Shown here piece by piece: positions 51,373 through 62,400 of a DNA stretch of 64,000 nt. The position numbers and the translations under genes are program-made. The stretch comes from Hydrolagus colliei (lineage: Eukaryota): positions 23,312,001 through 23,376,000 of the forward strand of contig CM068749.1 of assembly GCA_035084275.1 (NCBI GenBank). The letters run 5' to 3'. Each line of letters begins with the position of its first letter. Within the stretch, counting starts at the first letter, position 1. The notes beneath the pieces are model-generated. The model saw nothing but the letters and a program-made list of their open reading frames with translations. It was not told the origin of the DNA and did no database searches.

Positions 51373-51709
51373 CTTTTAAACTCTCTAATTAACTAATCCT
51401 TTTCCAAAGTCATTTGAGAAGACTGTCTTCCTTTTGTCTGACGTACCGAGGTTGTGTTTCAAAACTCAAATCGTGAAGTCTGACTTTGAGCAGTTCAGTC
51501 GCCGCAACAACAACAACAAAAAAACAGTCTTTTTGTTTTATATATATATTTTTAAAAAGGATTGAAATTTAAATTCCTCTCCTCTCTGCGTGTGGGTGGA
51601 AGAACAAATAAGCCCAAAGCGGGGTTTAAGTCAATCACGATTTCTATCTGTGCAAAATGTTGTCCATTTTCCCTCTGGCTGGTGGGGGAAGAAATTACAA
51701 CCCACTCAC

Positions 51710-52132
51710 TGGACTGGTGCCAGCCAGCCTGTCTCTGCAAGTCCATTTTTCTCTTCTTTGCTTCACNNNNNNNNNNNNNNNNNNNNNNNNNNNNNNNNNN
51801 NNNNNNNNNNNNNNNNNNNNNNNNNNNNNNNNNNNNNNNNNNNNNNNNNNNNNNNNNNNNNNNNNNNNNNNNNNNNNNNNNNNNNNNNNNNNNNNNNNNN
51901 NNNNNNNNNNNNNNNNNNNNNNNNNNNNNNNNNNNNNNNNNNNNNNNNNNNNNNNNNNNNNNNNNNNNNNNNNNNNNNNNNNNNNNNNNNNNNNNNNNNN
52001 NNNNNNNNNNNNNNNNNNNNNNNNNNNNNNNNNNNNCCATTTCCATTTCTGCTTTCCCACAACCCACGGCTTCCCTTTCAGCCATCTTCTTTCGTTCCCG
52101 GCAACTCCGGTTCTCTGCGATGGCGTTTGAAT
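51710..52132 (-). CDS. Candidate exon spanning an assembly gap (charged, K/E/R-rich peptide)
   Basis: Acceptor ttttttttaacgagtccatccag and donor CCA|GTGAGT, phase 1 to 1. Reads xSNAIAENRSCRERKKMAEREAVGCGKAEMEM-[270 N]-EAKKRKMDLQRQAGWHQS. The gap length is an estimate, so frame continuity is unproven. Confidence 0.45.
51767..52036. other. Assembly gap
   Basis: N-run, 270 nt. Confidence 1.
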
Positions 52133-52240
52133 CTGGATGGACTCGTTAAAAAAAATGCAGCTGGATTCAGTGTGAGTGGGCTTCATGTAGGTGGTGGGGG
52201 TGGGGGTCGAAAGGACTTTTTCATCCAGATTTTTCATCAC

Positions 52241-52527
52241 AGATTTAAAATAATTTCAAAAACGACCAGAGAACAGGTGAGGGGAAAGTTTCTCACTCAG
52301 CGAGTTGTTCGAATCTGGAATGCATTGCCTGAAAAGGTGGTGGAGGCTGATTCAATGACAACTTTTAAAAGAGAGTTAGACGATTATTTGGGGAGGACAG
52401 GTTTGCGCGGTTATGGGGAGAGAGAGAGCTGGGGAGTGGGATTAAATAGCTTTTTTCAAAGAGCTGGCACAGACTAGATGGGCCGAATGGCCTCCTTTTG
52501 TGCCGTTAGATTCTGTGATTCTATGAT
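52241..52527 (+). mobile_element. CR1-clade LINE 3' end
   Basis: RGKFLTQRVVRIWNALPEKVVEADSMTTFKRELDDYL is the typical CR1 ORF2 end. Tail gatgggccgaatggcctcct is followed by gattctatga-type repeats. Confidence 0.92.
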
Positions 52528-53267
52528 TGATTCTAGATCCATCTGGTGATCTAGTCTGAAGCTCACACACAATAAGCAGCTACATTATTCTCCTAAATTG
52601 AACTTCATTCATTAAAACAGTCACTTTTGAACAAAAATCAACAGTAGTGGTGGATTTTGCCTGTTAAACAATATTACATTTTACTCTGTGCGTGCATATC
52701 TATCTATTAAATATTGCTGAAGTGAATGCAGGGCACAAGTTGCTACGAAATAGATTTGAAGTCCTCTGGAATGCTTCCCAGCGTGAGGGTGCTATAAAAG
52801 TGCAAATTGGTGTTGTTGCTAATTTGGAGGGCATTAGGGCCAGAGATGTAGGGTCAGTGTGAGTCAGTTTGAAGACTCGGAGGAGGTGACCGATGGATGG
52901 ATGGATGGATGGATGAATGGATGGATCGCTAACTGAATGGTGGGCGTTTCATGAGCGGTTTATAATGGAATATTGAATTATCGAAGGACATGGAAATCCA
53001 CCACCAACAACACCGATAGCATTGATCCAGCAACTTTCACGACAGAAGAAAATTAAAGAGTAGAATGGCAGCTGGCATGTCAAAGACTTTCCCCATCTCC
53101 CCACCCCCACCCCCACCACAAACAAATCCACCATAGAACCATGGACGTTCTCAGCACAGGAGAAGGCCATTCAGAGTAATGCTGTCAATCTCCCCTCCCA
53201 CCCCCACTTGACCACCCTTACCTCAAACCCCTGTATCTGACTCATTTTACCATCTGAGTGCACGAGG

Positions 53268-53613
53268 AATAATAATAATTCCTCCCACCCCCAAAAAAAC
53301 GCAATAATAAAATCGGTCATTTCAAGTCACGGATTCAATTTCAGGCAGGTCAGGGCGAAACCCTGGGCAACTATCCTTACTCCATGCGTCTGATAATAAT
53401 CCCTCAACGAAACAATAATAAATTGGTCATCTCAATCCACTGACTGTTTGTGGGGGGACGCTGTGTGCGCGATTGGCTGCCGCGTTTCGCCCACGAATAT
53501 ATACAGTCAATTCACTTCACGGTATCTTCTGTGAAGCGCTTTGAGACGTTTAGAAGACGTGAAAAGCGCTATATCAAATGCAAGGATTATTATTAGTAGT
53601 AGTAGTATTATTA
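53268..53613 (+). mobile_element. Rearranged SINE (duplicated central part)
   Basis: A central segment precedes a B-box-to-tail copy. Confidence 0.8.
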
Positions 53614-54249
53614 TAGGAGGATGGACACGTGATCTTATTGTGAACTGAATTATCGAGTGATCTATATTATATATATATGTATATATTTTTTAATTAAAAG
53701 CTTCTTCAAAATGTCCACCAGTTGGTGAAGGTTTTGTGTGTGAATAGGATTATGCAATTGGAACCAGAGCAGACTAATTTGTTCCCCCCCCTCCAGGCAT
53801 TTCAACAGTTGGCGTCAGGTTAGTAAGAATGAAAACATCCACTAAATATGACCTGGAAAATGATCCCACTCACAAGGAACATAATGGCCTAATTCCCATA
53901 GATATACCTGTTCCCCACCAACAAGGGCTTAAAGAAACTGTTCAGGAAATAGACTTTCTTTCTTGCTCGAGTGAAATATGCAAAGGCGCAGGATAAACGC
54001 AGATAAAATGTAGATAAAGATGCCATTCAGGAGTTTACTGAATCTTGTGTTTCAGACGGTCAAATTAGACTTTTTTCTTCCCCGACGTATAATATAAACG
54101 GGATTATCAGAGCGAGAGAATAGATACCTGAGCGTGACGACAATGCGAAAAGGAGGATCTGAGATTTATAGACAGAAATAATGAAGTGGGTGGGGGGTGG
54201 GAGGTGGGGGGTGGGGGGGGCGCATTTTTACAGCATATTCTGTGAAGAG

Positions 54250-54510
54250 CTTCTCACGCACGTCTTCTAGACGTCTCAAAACTCTTGACGGATTATGCTG
54301 TAAAGTGAATTGACTGTATATATTTGTGGGCGAAACTCAGCAGCCAATTGCGCACAGCAGGCGGCATCCCCCCCCCACAAAAAGTCGTGGGTTGAAGTGA
54401 CCACTTTTTTTTTCTTGAGGGATGCACGTTTGTATCGGCTCAATGCTTCCCCCGCTGGGAATTGAACCCAGTTTCTCTCGCTTTCTAAACCACCGAGATG
54501 CAGGACTCCA
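54250..54510 (-). mobile_element. Divergent SINE
   Basis: Reverse tail and centre, then a degraded head (ggaattgaacccag). Confidence 0.75.
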
Positions 54511-55124
54511 CGTAAACTCACACCAGGGGGGGAACGCAGCTGGTGATGGGAAACGCGTCACCACGACCCACAGAAATCTTCCCAGAAGGCAGTTTACATT
54601 AGGTTCCCCCCCCCCCCCCCCCCCCCCCCCCCCGCCCCCACGTGAGGCAGTGTGGGACTTGTCTTATCCTAACTGTTTATTTCTGAAAGGCAAACAGCGA
54701 TAAACACACATTTCATCCAATTCCTGCTGTGTTTATCTAAACTTGTCAGTCCATCACTTCTGGCCTGTCAGTTCTGTCAGTCAAAATTTGTCCCCAAATG
54801 TATCTTGTGCACTGGGCAATCTGAACTGTGGTTTATAGTCAGAATATGATCTAATCTTGGCTTCTGATAAAGCGAGCCATCAAACCGCCTCAAACAGCTG
54901 GACGGAATTTACTGTCAAGACTATTTTGCTGCCAATTTGCGTACCTCAGCGTCCTACAATGCCATCAGCCGTAAAGCAGTAAGCGAGCAATTTTAGTTGG
55001 TGGGTTTATACGACAGGTAGGAGAATATTGTTTATATATCTACACATCTGATTTGACCTTATAACGCAATCACCCTGTGCCTCAGCTACACTATTCAATC
55101 AAACTGAGTAAGTTATCTCGGTCC

Positions 55125-55218
55125 CTCAGTGGGTTATAGCAGTCGCCTTACGAGCGTGAGACCTGTGTTCGAATCCAGGCGGGTCAGGGCGAAATCTTGG
55201 GCAAGTTTCCTTACTCCA

Positions 55219-55262
<44 letters not shown>
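55125..55262 (+). mobile_element. SINE head ending in (GCAC)n microsatellite
   Basis: B box GTTCGAATCC. The linker has expanded to (GCAC)n at 55218-55262. Confidence 0.85.
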
Positions 55263-55544
55263 TTTGATGTTCTCCATATAGAATAGCCAAGTGAGTGATC
55301 GCATCCTACTCTGTTACATTACTCTTCAACCTAATCGAATTCACTCTCTCTCAGGGTAGCCTGTCTGAATTTTCCATCCCGTTGGTGTGGTTTAAATGTA
55401 GTTACTGTATTTCCTTTTCCACAAAACCTTTGGGTGATGTCGGAGCTTAGACCAGAACGATTTAGTTGGCGACGGGGGCTTTATTTTACTGATGATTCCA
55501 TTTGTTATGTAAGAAAAGCATCAATCGAGGCAATCGTTCTCTAT

Positions 55545-55773
55545 TCCAAAAGGCTGTAGATGCTCAGTCAGTCCTTGAACATATTCAAGAAAGATTGATC
55601 TATTTCTTATGGACAAAGGGATTAAGGGATATGGGGGATAAGGCGGGGACAGGTGGAGTTAGATTGGAAGATCAGCCATGATCTTATTGAATGGGGGAGG
55701 GGCAGAAGGGGGTGGGGCAGGCTTGAGGGGCTGAATGGCCTACTCCTGCTCCTAATTCTCATGTTCTTATGTA
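55545..55773 (+). mobile_element. CR1 LINE 3' end, second family
   Basis: gatcagccatgatcttattgaatgg...gggctgaatggcctactcctgctcctaattctcatgttcttatg tail. Confidence 0.8.
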
Positions 55774-56344
55774 TTTGATGGAGACTGACTTTCGACTGTT
55801 CCTGATGCTTTCCGTAAGTCCAGCTGAGTTGCAATGCAATGAATTTCCCGTTAATTAAAGTGAGACCCTGGTCTGGTATTGACTTCCTGCCCTAATCAAT
55901 TTAAATATAGGACTGATATCTTCGCCAAGCAGGGGAAGGTTTAGCTGTTGCTAAATACCTTTTTTTATTGCCTCTAGAATTTGAATCCTCGTGTTGGTTT
56001 TGCAAGCCTTGCCACTGCTTGTTGAGGAAGAGAGGTCAGTTGCTCAAATTCCTATCGCAAACGTATTTTAAACCTTTAAGCTGTTGTGACTCCAGTGGTT
56101 ACGTCTTTAATTGCCATGGTTCAGTCACGACACCAATTCACTTCGTTCGCTCGCACGCACGGATGACGCAAGGCTCAAATTGGTGCTCTCACTCGGAGTG
56201 AGAATATCTGGCTGCAGTTTCACAAGTCGATCCTCCAATCTATGACGTCTTGCGAAGACATGCGAAGAACGTGGCCAGAAAGGCATCAGTCCCTTGGTAC
56301 ATCAGTAGAGGCAGTCAACACGGAGATAGATACAGAAGGTTTAC

Positions 56345-56745
56345 GAGGAGACCCTAATAGAGGTTTTCAAAATCATGAGGGGATTCAATAGGGTAAACAG
56401 GGTGAAAACTGGGGTTTCCACTGCTGGCTGTGTCAGTGACTCGAGGCCAAAGATTTAAAATAGTTTCTGAAAGAAAAAGCACAGGGGAGCTGAGGAGACA
56501 TTTTTTCATGCAACGAGTTGTTGGAATCTGGAAGGCATTGCCCAAAAAGGAAGCTGATTCGATGACAACTTTTAAAAAGAGAGGTACAGTTATTTGGGGA
56601 GGACGTGTTTGCAGGGTTAGGGGGAGAGAGCGAGAGAGAGAGAGAGAGAGCCGGGGAGTGGGATTGACTTTGAATAGCTTTTTTCAACGAGCTGGCACAG
56701 ACTCGATGGGCCGAATGGCCTCCTTTTGTGCCGTAAGATTCTAGT
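56345..56745 (+). mobile_element. CR1-clade LINE 3' end
   Basis: TRGQRFKIVSERKSTGELRRHFFMQRVVGIWKALP. Same tail as 52241-52527. Confidence 0.92.
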
Positions 56746-57024
56746 ATTTTATGACAAGCCCTCTCACAAGCTCTTGTGGTTTTTGTTTAATTGGAGCTAT
56801 TGTAATTTACTCTCTTGCGCAGTGTTTCCTTGGCAAACCGAAACTATTATGCAACATTTCAAAATCACATTTCTGTCCATTCCTCAGTACAGCAGGCCTT
56901 TAAACGAACTCAATGACTTGCCCTTTTCCGAAATTTAACCAAATCCTTTAAAGCCCTGTTTTGGTAAGCAAAGGCTCTGTAGGTTTGAGAAAGTTGTGAA
57001 GGAATGTCAAGCAAGAACATGAGG

Positions 57025-57342
57025 TAATAATAGTAGTAATAATAATAATAATCCTTGCATTTGATATAGCGCTTTTCACGTCTTCTAGACGTCTCAAAGC
57101 GCTTCATGGAATTTGCTGTAAAGTGAATTGACTGTATATTTGTGGGCGAAACGTGGCAGCCAATTGCACACAGCAGTGTCCCCACAAACAGTCGTGGATT
57201 GAAATGGCCAATTTTACTATTGCGTTTTTTGGGGGACAAATTATTATTAGGCGTGTGTGTGTGTGGAGTAAGGAAACTTGCCCAAGGTTTCGCTTGACCT
57301 GCCTGGGTACCAAACGCAAGGCGAGTGCTCTAACTACAGGGC
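57025..57342 (-). mobile_element. tRNA-derived SINE, near full length
   Basis: Reverse copy from the (TAA)n tail to the head. Confidence 0.92.
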
Positions 57343-57935
57343 CTCCACGGTTTGCACACAGATACATCTTGCTTGAGAGGAATGCAACTTTCTCTGAGCT
57401 GTCATTTCCCAAACCCATATCTTTGACCCTTTCCAAAGTCTGCAGGTTGAAAGAGGAGACCTTTTGTTTTCTAAAAAAAAAGTTTTATAATTCTTTTTTA
57501 AATGTTGGCTTTGAAGTGCCGATTTATTTTCTTGATTTCCTTTCAGTAAATACACAATGGAGAAACAAGTATGTTGACATAAGATTAACTTGCTTGACAG
57601 GAAAGCACAGGTAGATCCTCAGGCCAAAATGCTTTTGACATGTACCAGAGACCATCACGTAGTAAATAGCTAGCGTCAACCAACATTCAAATAAAATAAA
57701 GTGAAACATTCTTCTCTTAACACATGATGTTTGCCTTTCCCGTGTTTGACTTTGCCCATATCATGTCAACATGACATGGAAGACTTTAGTTGATTAACAA
57801 CCGCTGATTGTTCGTGTACATGGTGACTCATTTTGGTCTACCATTAGCCAAGGATGGTGAGCTGTTTTCCTGTCGTTTCTGTTTTGCCGGACCTTACGTT
57901 GCACAAACACAGGACTAGAAATGAGAAAAGCTCAC

Positions 57936-58010
57936 TCTGGTGATTTGCTTTCAGGACATTGGACTCTTCAAAACTATCATCGCCTCGGATTTGACTCAGG
58001 GAATATTTGG
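57936..58010 (-). CDS. Candidate exon of an unidentified minus-strand gene
   Basis: Strong acceptor ttttccttttttctag and donor A|GTGAGC. 75 nt, phase 1 to 1, open: xKYSLSQIRGDDSFEESNVLKANHQ. Confidence 0.45.
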
Positions 58011-58290
58011 CTAGAAAAAAGGAAAATGTCTATTGTCTGAGATGGTTGGAGGAGCTTTATGTAAAAAAAAGTTTTTTTTTGTTCGCTTCACAGATCATCT
58101 CTGACAATTTATATTTTCTGAAATAGACTTTCCAAATCAGCGTTCTATCCATTTCCCATTCGAATCCTTGTTTGAAGAATTTTACAGTCACTTCATCACC
58201 TTATGAAGCCACTTTCACATGGGTACCATTGTGTCGCTGACCCTCTGCTTTAATTAACGGTAACTTTGGCTGAAAAGTGCATCTAAGTGC

Positions 58291-58611
58291 TGGAGCTCAG
58301 TGGTTAGAGCTCTCGCCCTACAAGCGTGAGACCTGTGTTCGACTCCAGGCAGGTCAGGGTGAAACCTTGGGCAAGTTTCCTTACTCCACACACACACACC
58401 TAATAATAATCCCTCCCAAAACACCACAATAATAAATATTGGTCATTTTCAATCCACGACTGTGCTGTGCGCAATTGGCTGCCGCGTTTCGCCCACAAAC
58501 ATACAGTCAATTCACTTTACAGTATATTCTGTGAAGCGCTTTGAGACGTTGATAAGATGTGAAAAGTTGCTATATCAAATGCAAGGATTATTATTATTAT
58601 TATTATTATTA
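58291..58611 (+). mobile_element. tRNA-derived SINE, full length
   Basis: A and B boxes, tail and (TTA)n. Confidence 0.93.
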
Positions 58612-59689
58612 TCCCGATCTTTTCCTGTCCTGCAGTTGACTGCCATTGAAGCCTCAGTCACTGATGGGTTCCCACTGGCTTCAATGCCAAAGTTTCGATG
58701 CAGTTGGTTCAGAAAATGAGTGTTTTTTTAACTAAAAGACTATGTGTCATTTGAAGTGTTATTATCCTTTTTTTTACCCAATTCAGGAGTTAGGAGGGAT
58801 TTCAAGGCTCATTTTAAAGTTGCTCCTTAAATAAAGAAAACAAGGTACAATTTTGGCCCTTACACTTTCTTGTAAATTATTACAGAGTTTTTTTTTGTTG
58901 CAAACTATGCTATCCAACTTGACAGTGCCAGTGAGTATACAATGGGTTAAAAAATGTGTTGGATGAATGCGTTCCACCCGTTCTTGCAGCAGGGCGTACA
59001 TCCTTATTTATCAAGTTTGGTTTGATAACTTCACTTTCGTTAAAACTTCTTTTTCACGTGGAGAATAATAACCATAAAAATGTAGGGTAACAGGTACTAG
59101 TGGAGGCCATTCAGCCTCCCAGCCTGTTGCACTAGTTTAATTGTTTTTATGGCAGATCTACTAATCTTTTAATAGTAGTGTCGTTGGAATGATTTAGTGG
59201 GGGCGTGGGGTTGGGGGATGGGGAGAGGGTGTGGCGGGGGTGGTGGTGGGGAGGGAGGGCAATAATCCTCTTATTTATAGTAAGAATAGTAATTAAGGAC
59301 AACTTATGAATCTGTTGTTGAGAATTGAGCATAATGCACAAAGTTACAACAATGTACTTTCAATTTATAGACTAGGGTTCGAATCCAACTCAGATATCCT
59401 TGTGAGAAATATTAAGACTAACAGGGCACAGAGGTGAGCAAGCATGATGATTAAAAAATAATCCTTGCCCTTTGAGGAGTAAATGAAGTGCCTCGTCTCA
59501 GAATCAAAAAGTTTCAAAGCAAGTTACTATTTAAATTTATAGCGACTGGCCTGTTGTAGATGAGACTGGCAGCAAATTTATACACAGCAGTGTCTAGCAA
59601 ACAACAATGAAATGCATGGCTAATTTTGTTTGGAGAATTGTTGGCTGGGACATCGAGAGAAACTCCCTTCTCTTTTCGAATAGTTTATA

Positions 59690-60095
59690 TCCCTCTTCGT
59701 CTCTGCACCCCCTCACCCCCCACACCCCCCACCACCACCTCTATAACCTCCTCTCTCCTCACAACCGTACCCGCTGCCCTCCGCTGTCCCGGGTCTGGCC
59801 TCCTCCTCGTCCCCCGAACCCTCCGCTCCGCCATCGGCGGCCGTTCCTTCAGCCGCCGTGCCCCGAAACTCTGGACCTCCCTCCCTCAATCCCCTCCCCT
59901 CGTCTCACCCCCTCCTTTCCCATTTCCAGGTCGCGCCCGAAGACCTTTCTGTTTGAACGCGCCTACGGTCACCTCCCCCCCCTCCGCCCGGCTCAGCCTC
60001 CGGGCTCCGCTATTGTGAAGCGCTCCGAGACGTCGCCCGGCTTGGGGGTGAGGGCGCGATATAAATCCAAGTTGTCGTCGTTGTTGTTGTCGCTG
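59690..60095 (+). mobile_element. L2 LINE 3' fragment
   Basis: GSGLLLVPRTLRSAIGGRSFSRRAPKLWTSLPQS, then KTFLFERAY in another frame, and a (GTT)n-like tail. Confidence 0.88.
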
Positions 60096-60120
60096 CTGCT
60101 ATGGGATTTCCTGACCTGAT

Positions 60121-60174
60121 TGTTCAGCTCCTCGGGATGTCCTCCCTTACGTGAAAGGTGCTCTGTAAATGTGA

Positions 60175-60206
<32 letters not shown>

Positions 60207-60440
60207 TAAGTTCTGGCTGAATTGACAAGGGGGGCCTTTGATTTAACATGTAATCTGTCAGCCCTACTGTGAGCTCAGTGTCCTAACAACAACAACAACA
60301 ACAAAATTATATTTGTGTGACGCTTAAGATGGTCTTGAAGGAGGCAAGGATAGGGGCCAGGCGGAGGCAGAAATAGAGTTCCAGAGGGTGGGGGCAGAGC
60401 GTCTGAAGGCCCTCCCATCAATGGACCCACGAGGGGGGGG
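60121..60440. mobile_element. L2 type-A tail (+, 60121-60205) and inverted L2 fragment (-, 60285-60440)
   Basis: (TTG)n and (AAC)n tails face each other. The minus copy encodes a GRAFRRSAPTLWNS-like segment. Confidence 0.7.
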
Positions 60441-60660
60441 CGGGGCGGGGGGGGGGGGGGGGCGCGTTTGGGTGGGGGGGGGGGGTGCTGTGAAACAGGA
60501 CGTCCTTCTCTCTCAAGGCCAGACTGCTACTTACTGAGCCAGGCTGACACATCAAGGAATTGGATCTCTTTATGGAATTACAAAGGTTTCGATGCGATTC
60601 GATAGAAGTTTTCGAGATGAGCAAAGGCATGAATAGTTTACGATGGTTTGCAAAACCAGA

Positions 60661-60990
60661 AAATAATAATAATAATAACAATAATAATAATAATAATAAT
60701 ACAAATGATCCTTGCATTTGATAAAGCGCCTATTCACGTCTTCTAGACGTCTCAAAGTGCTTCACAGAATATACTGTCAAGTGAATTGACTGTATATTTG
60801 TGGGGCGAAATAGAATAGAAGAGATGACCAACGAATGAATGTTAGAGAATGATGGCGAAAATAATATTCGCAATAATATAATAATAATCCTTGCATTTTG
60901 ATGTAGCAGCTTTTTCACGTCTTCGAGACGTCTCAAAGCGCCTCACAGAATTCACTGTAAAAGTGAACTGATACTGTATATTGGTGGGTG
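60661..60990 (-). mobile_element. Two tandem SINE 3' fragments
   Basis: Reverse tails at about 60661-60810 and 60878-60990. Confidence 0.85.
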
Positions 60991-61620
60991 CAATAGGGAG
61001 ATAGGGAGAGGCGACCGAGACAAGGGAAGGATCACATGATGAGCCCTTTCTACGGGTCCTGCCTTCGAAAAGAATGAGTAAAACATGATTCAGAGAAGCC
61101 ATTGGGTAAGGCTTGGTTGAGGAGAGACACTTTGAGAAGATGTGGTCACCCAATCCATCCCGGGAAGCTTGATCGGTGACAGGTTAAGTTCTTGAATAGG
61201 ACGGATTTTAATCCGTTGTTTCAAATGGAGCCAACGCACTAATCCTGAGATGGTTCACTAATCCCCACCTCCTGCGCTAAAACAGAGCTGGCACCTACAT
61301 AAACGCTGAGTGAGAGATGTGTGTTTAACTTAGCAGTCTGTACTACAATGACGTGGAGACGTGCCAGAAATAATTAGCTTGGCGACAGTATAAAGCCACT
61401 AATTATTCACATCACTCCAGAGGCATTCCTGTTTCCCACCTACACAGTACATTGTTAAGACATGAATGTGCCTCGTAAACCTAACTTACACCAACAAATT
61501 TTGCACAAGTCGATTTATCACATCACTTGTTTATTTCTATTCTCCTTCTTAGTCTTGTTATTAATAATTAACAATCAGCATAATCATTCGCTGAAAGAGA
61601 AACGGTGGAGCTGAACTCAC

Positions 61621-61827
61621 GAAATCGGACACCCAGGATTTTGCTTTCCTTGCGTTAATGTTGTGGCGTGAACGTTGGTTACTGTATGTGGCAGTTGTTT
61701 CAGAGCTTAGAATTTCTACATCTTGGATGTAATTTGGGGTAGTTTTATGTGTTTGTTTTTGGTCAGCAGATTTTTGAGTCAGTGATGCAGGCAGAAACCC
61801 ATCCGCTTGTGTCCACATTGGTCGAAA
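61621..61827 (-). CDS. Candidate exon of an unidentified minus-strand gene
   Basis: Weak acceptor (tatcag) and consensus donor GTGAGT. 207 nt open, phase 0 to 0: FRPMWTQADGFLPASLTQKSADQKQTHKTTPNYIQDVEILSSETTATYSNQRSRHNINARKAKSWVSDF. Non-repetitive sequence, no recognised homology. Confidence 0.35.
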
Positions 61828-62119
61828 CTGATACTAATCCTGTTTTCTGGAATGGGTGATAACATTAAAATATCTTGGACTTATACCTGCGACAGTGTTG
61901 GGTAATTCTAGGATTGCCTCAGCCCCCAAGGCAATCTATACAATGCTGTGCAGTTTACATTTCCAAAAATTGCGTTTTCACATTTTCGGGAGAATTTCTC
62001 AAAATGTTTTACACAATTTGCTTGGCATCCAAGCTGGGGATGGTGGAGATGGTGGGGAGGAGGGGTGGGGAGGAGGGATGGGGAGGAGTGGGGGGGGGGG
62101 GGGGGGCGGCAATAAAAGA

Positions 62120-62400
62120 ACAACAATAAATTGGTCACTCAATCCACGATTGTTTGTGGGGGGGGGGGGGAACGCTGCTGTGCGCAATTGGCTGCTGCGT
62201 TTCGCTCACAAATATATACAGTCAATTCACTTTACAGTACTGTATATTCTGTGAAGCGTTCAGCACCTTGGCACGTCCTCCTGATGTGAAAGGCGCTATA
62301 TCCAAGTGTAATTTTGTTGTCGTTTGAGATGTCTCCGGAAGACGATTCACATTGCAAGGATTATAATAATAATAATTATTATTATTAATATTATCATTAT
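62120..62400 (+). mobile_element. SINE 3' half with a nested L2 tail
   Basis: The SINE tail is split at gtgaagcgtt|...|tgagatgtc by cagcaccttggcacgtcctcctgatgtgaaaggcgctata..ttgttgtcgtt. Confidence 0.75.

Noticed and set aside
51590-52477. Long ORFs of 255-295 aa in the track (also 48594-49361)
   Set aside because: Their length is inflated by N-runs, microsatellites and a CR1 fragment.
57370-57441. Strong minus-strand acceptor followed by TLERVKDMGLGNDSSEKVAFLS
   Set aside because: No convincing donor, and the phase does not fit the upstream 57936-58010 candidate (stop in the phase-1 frame). Left uncalled.
785-62400. Recurrent conserved repeats with unique spacers, superficially CRISPR-like
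   Set aside because: The repeats are about 300 nt, irregularly spaced and on both strands in vertebrate DNA, with no cas genes. They are interspersed SINEs.
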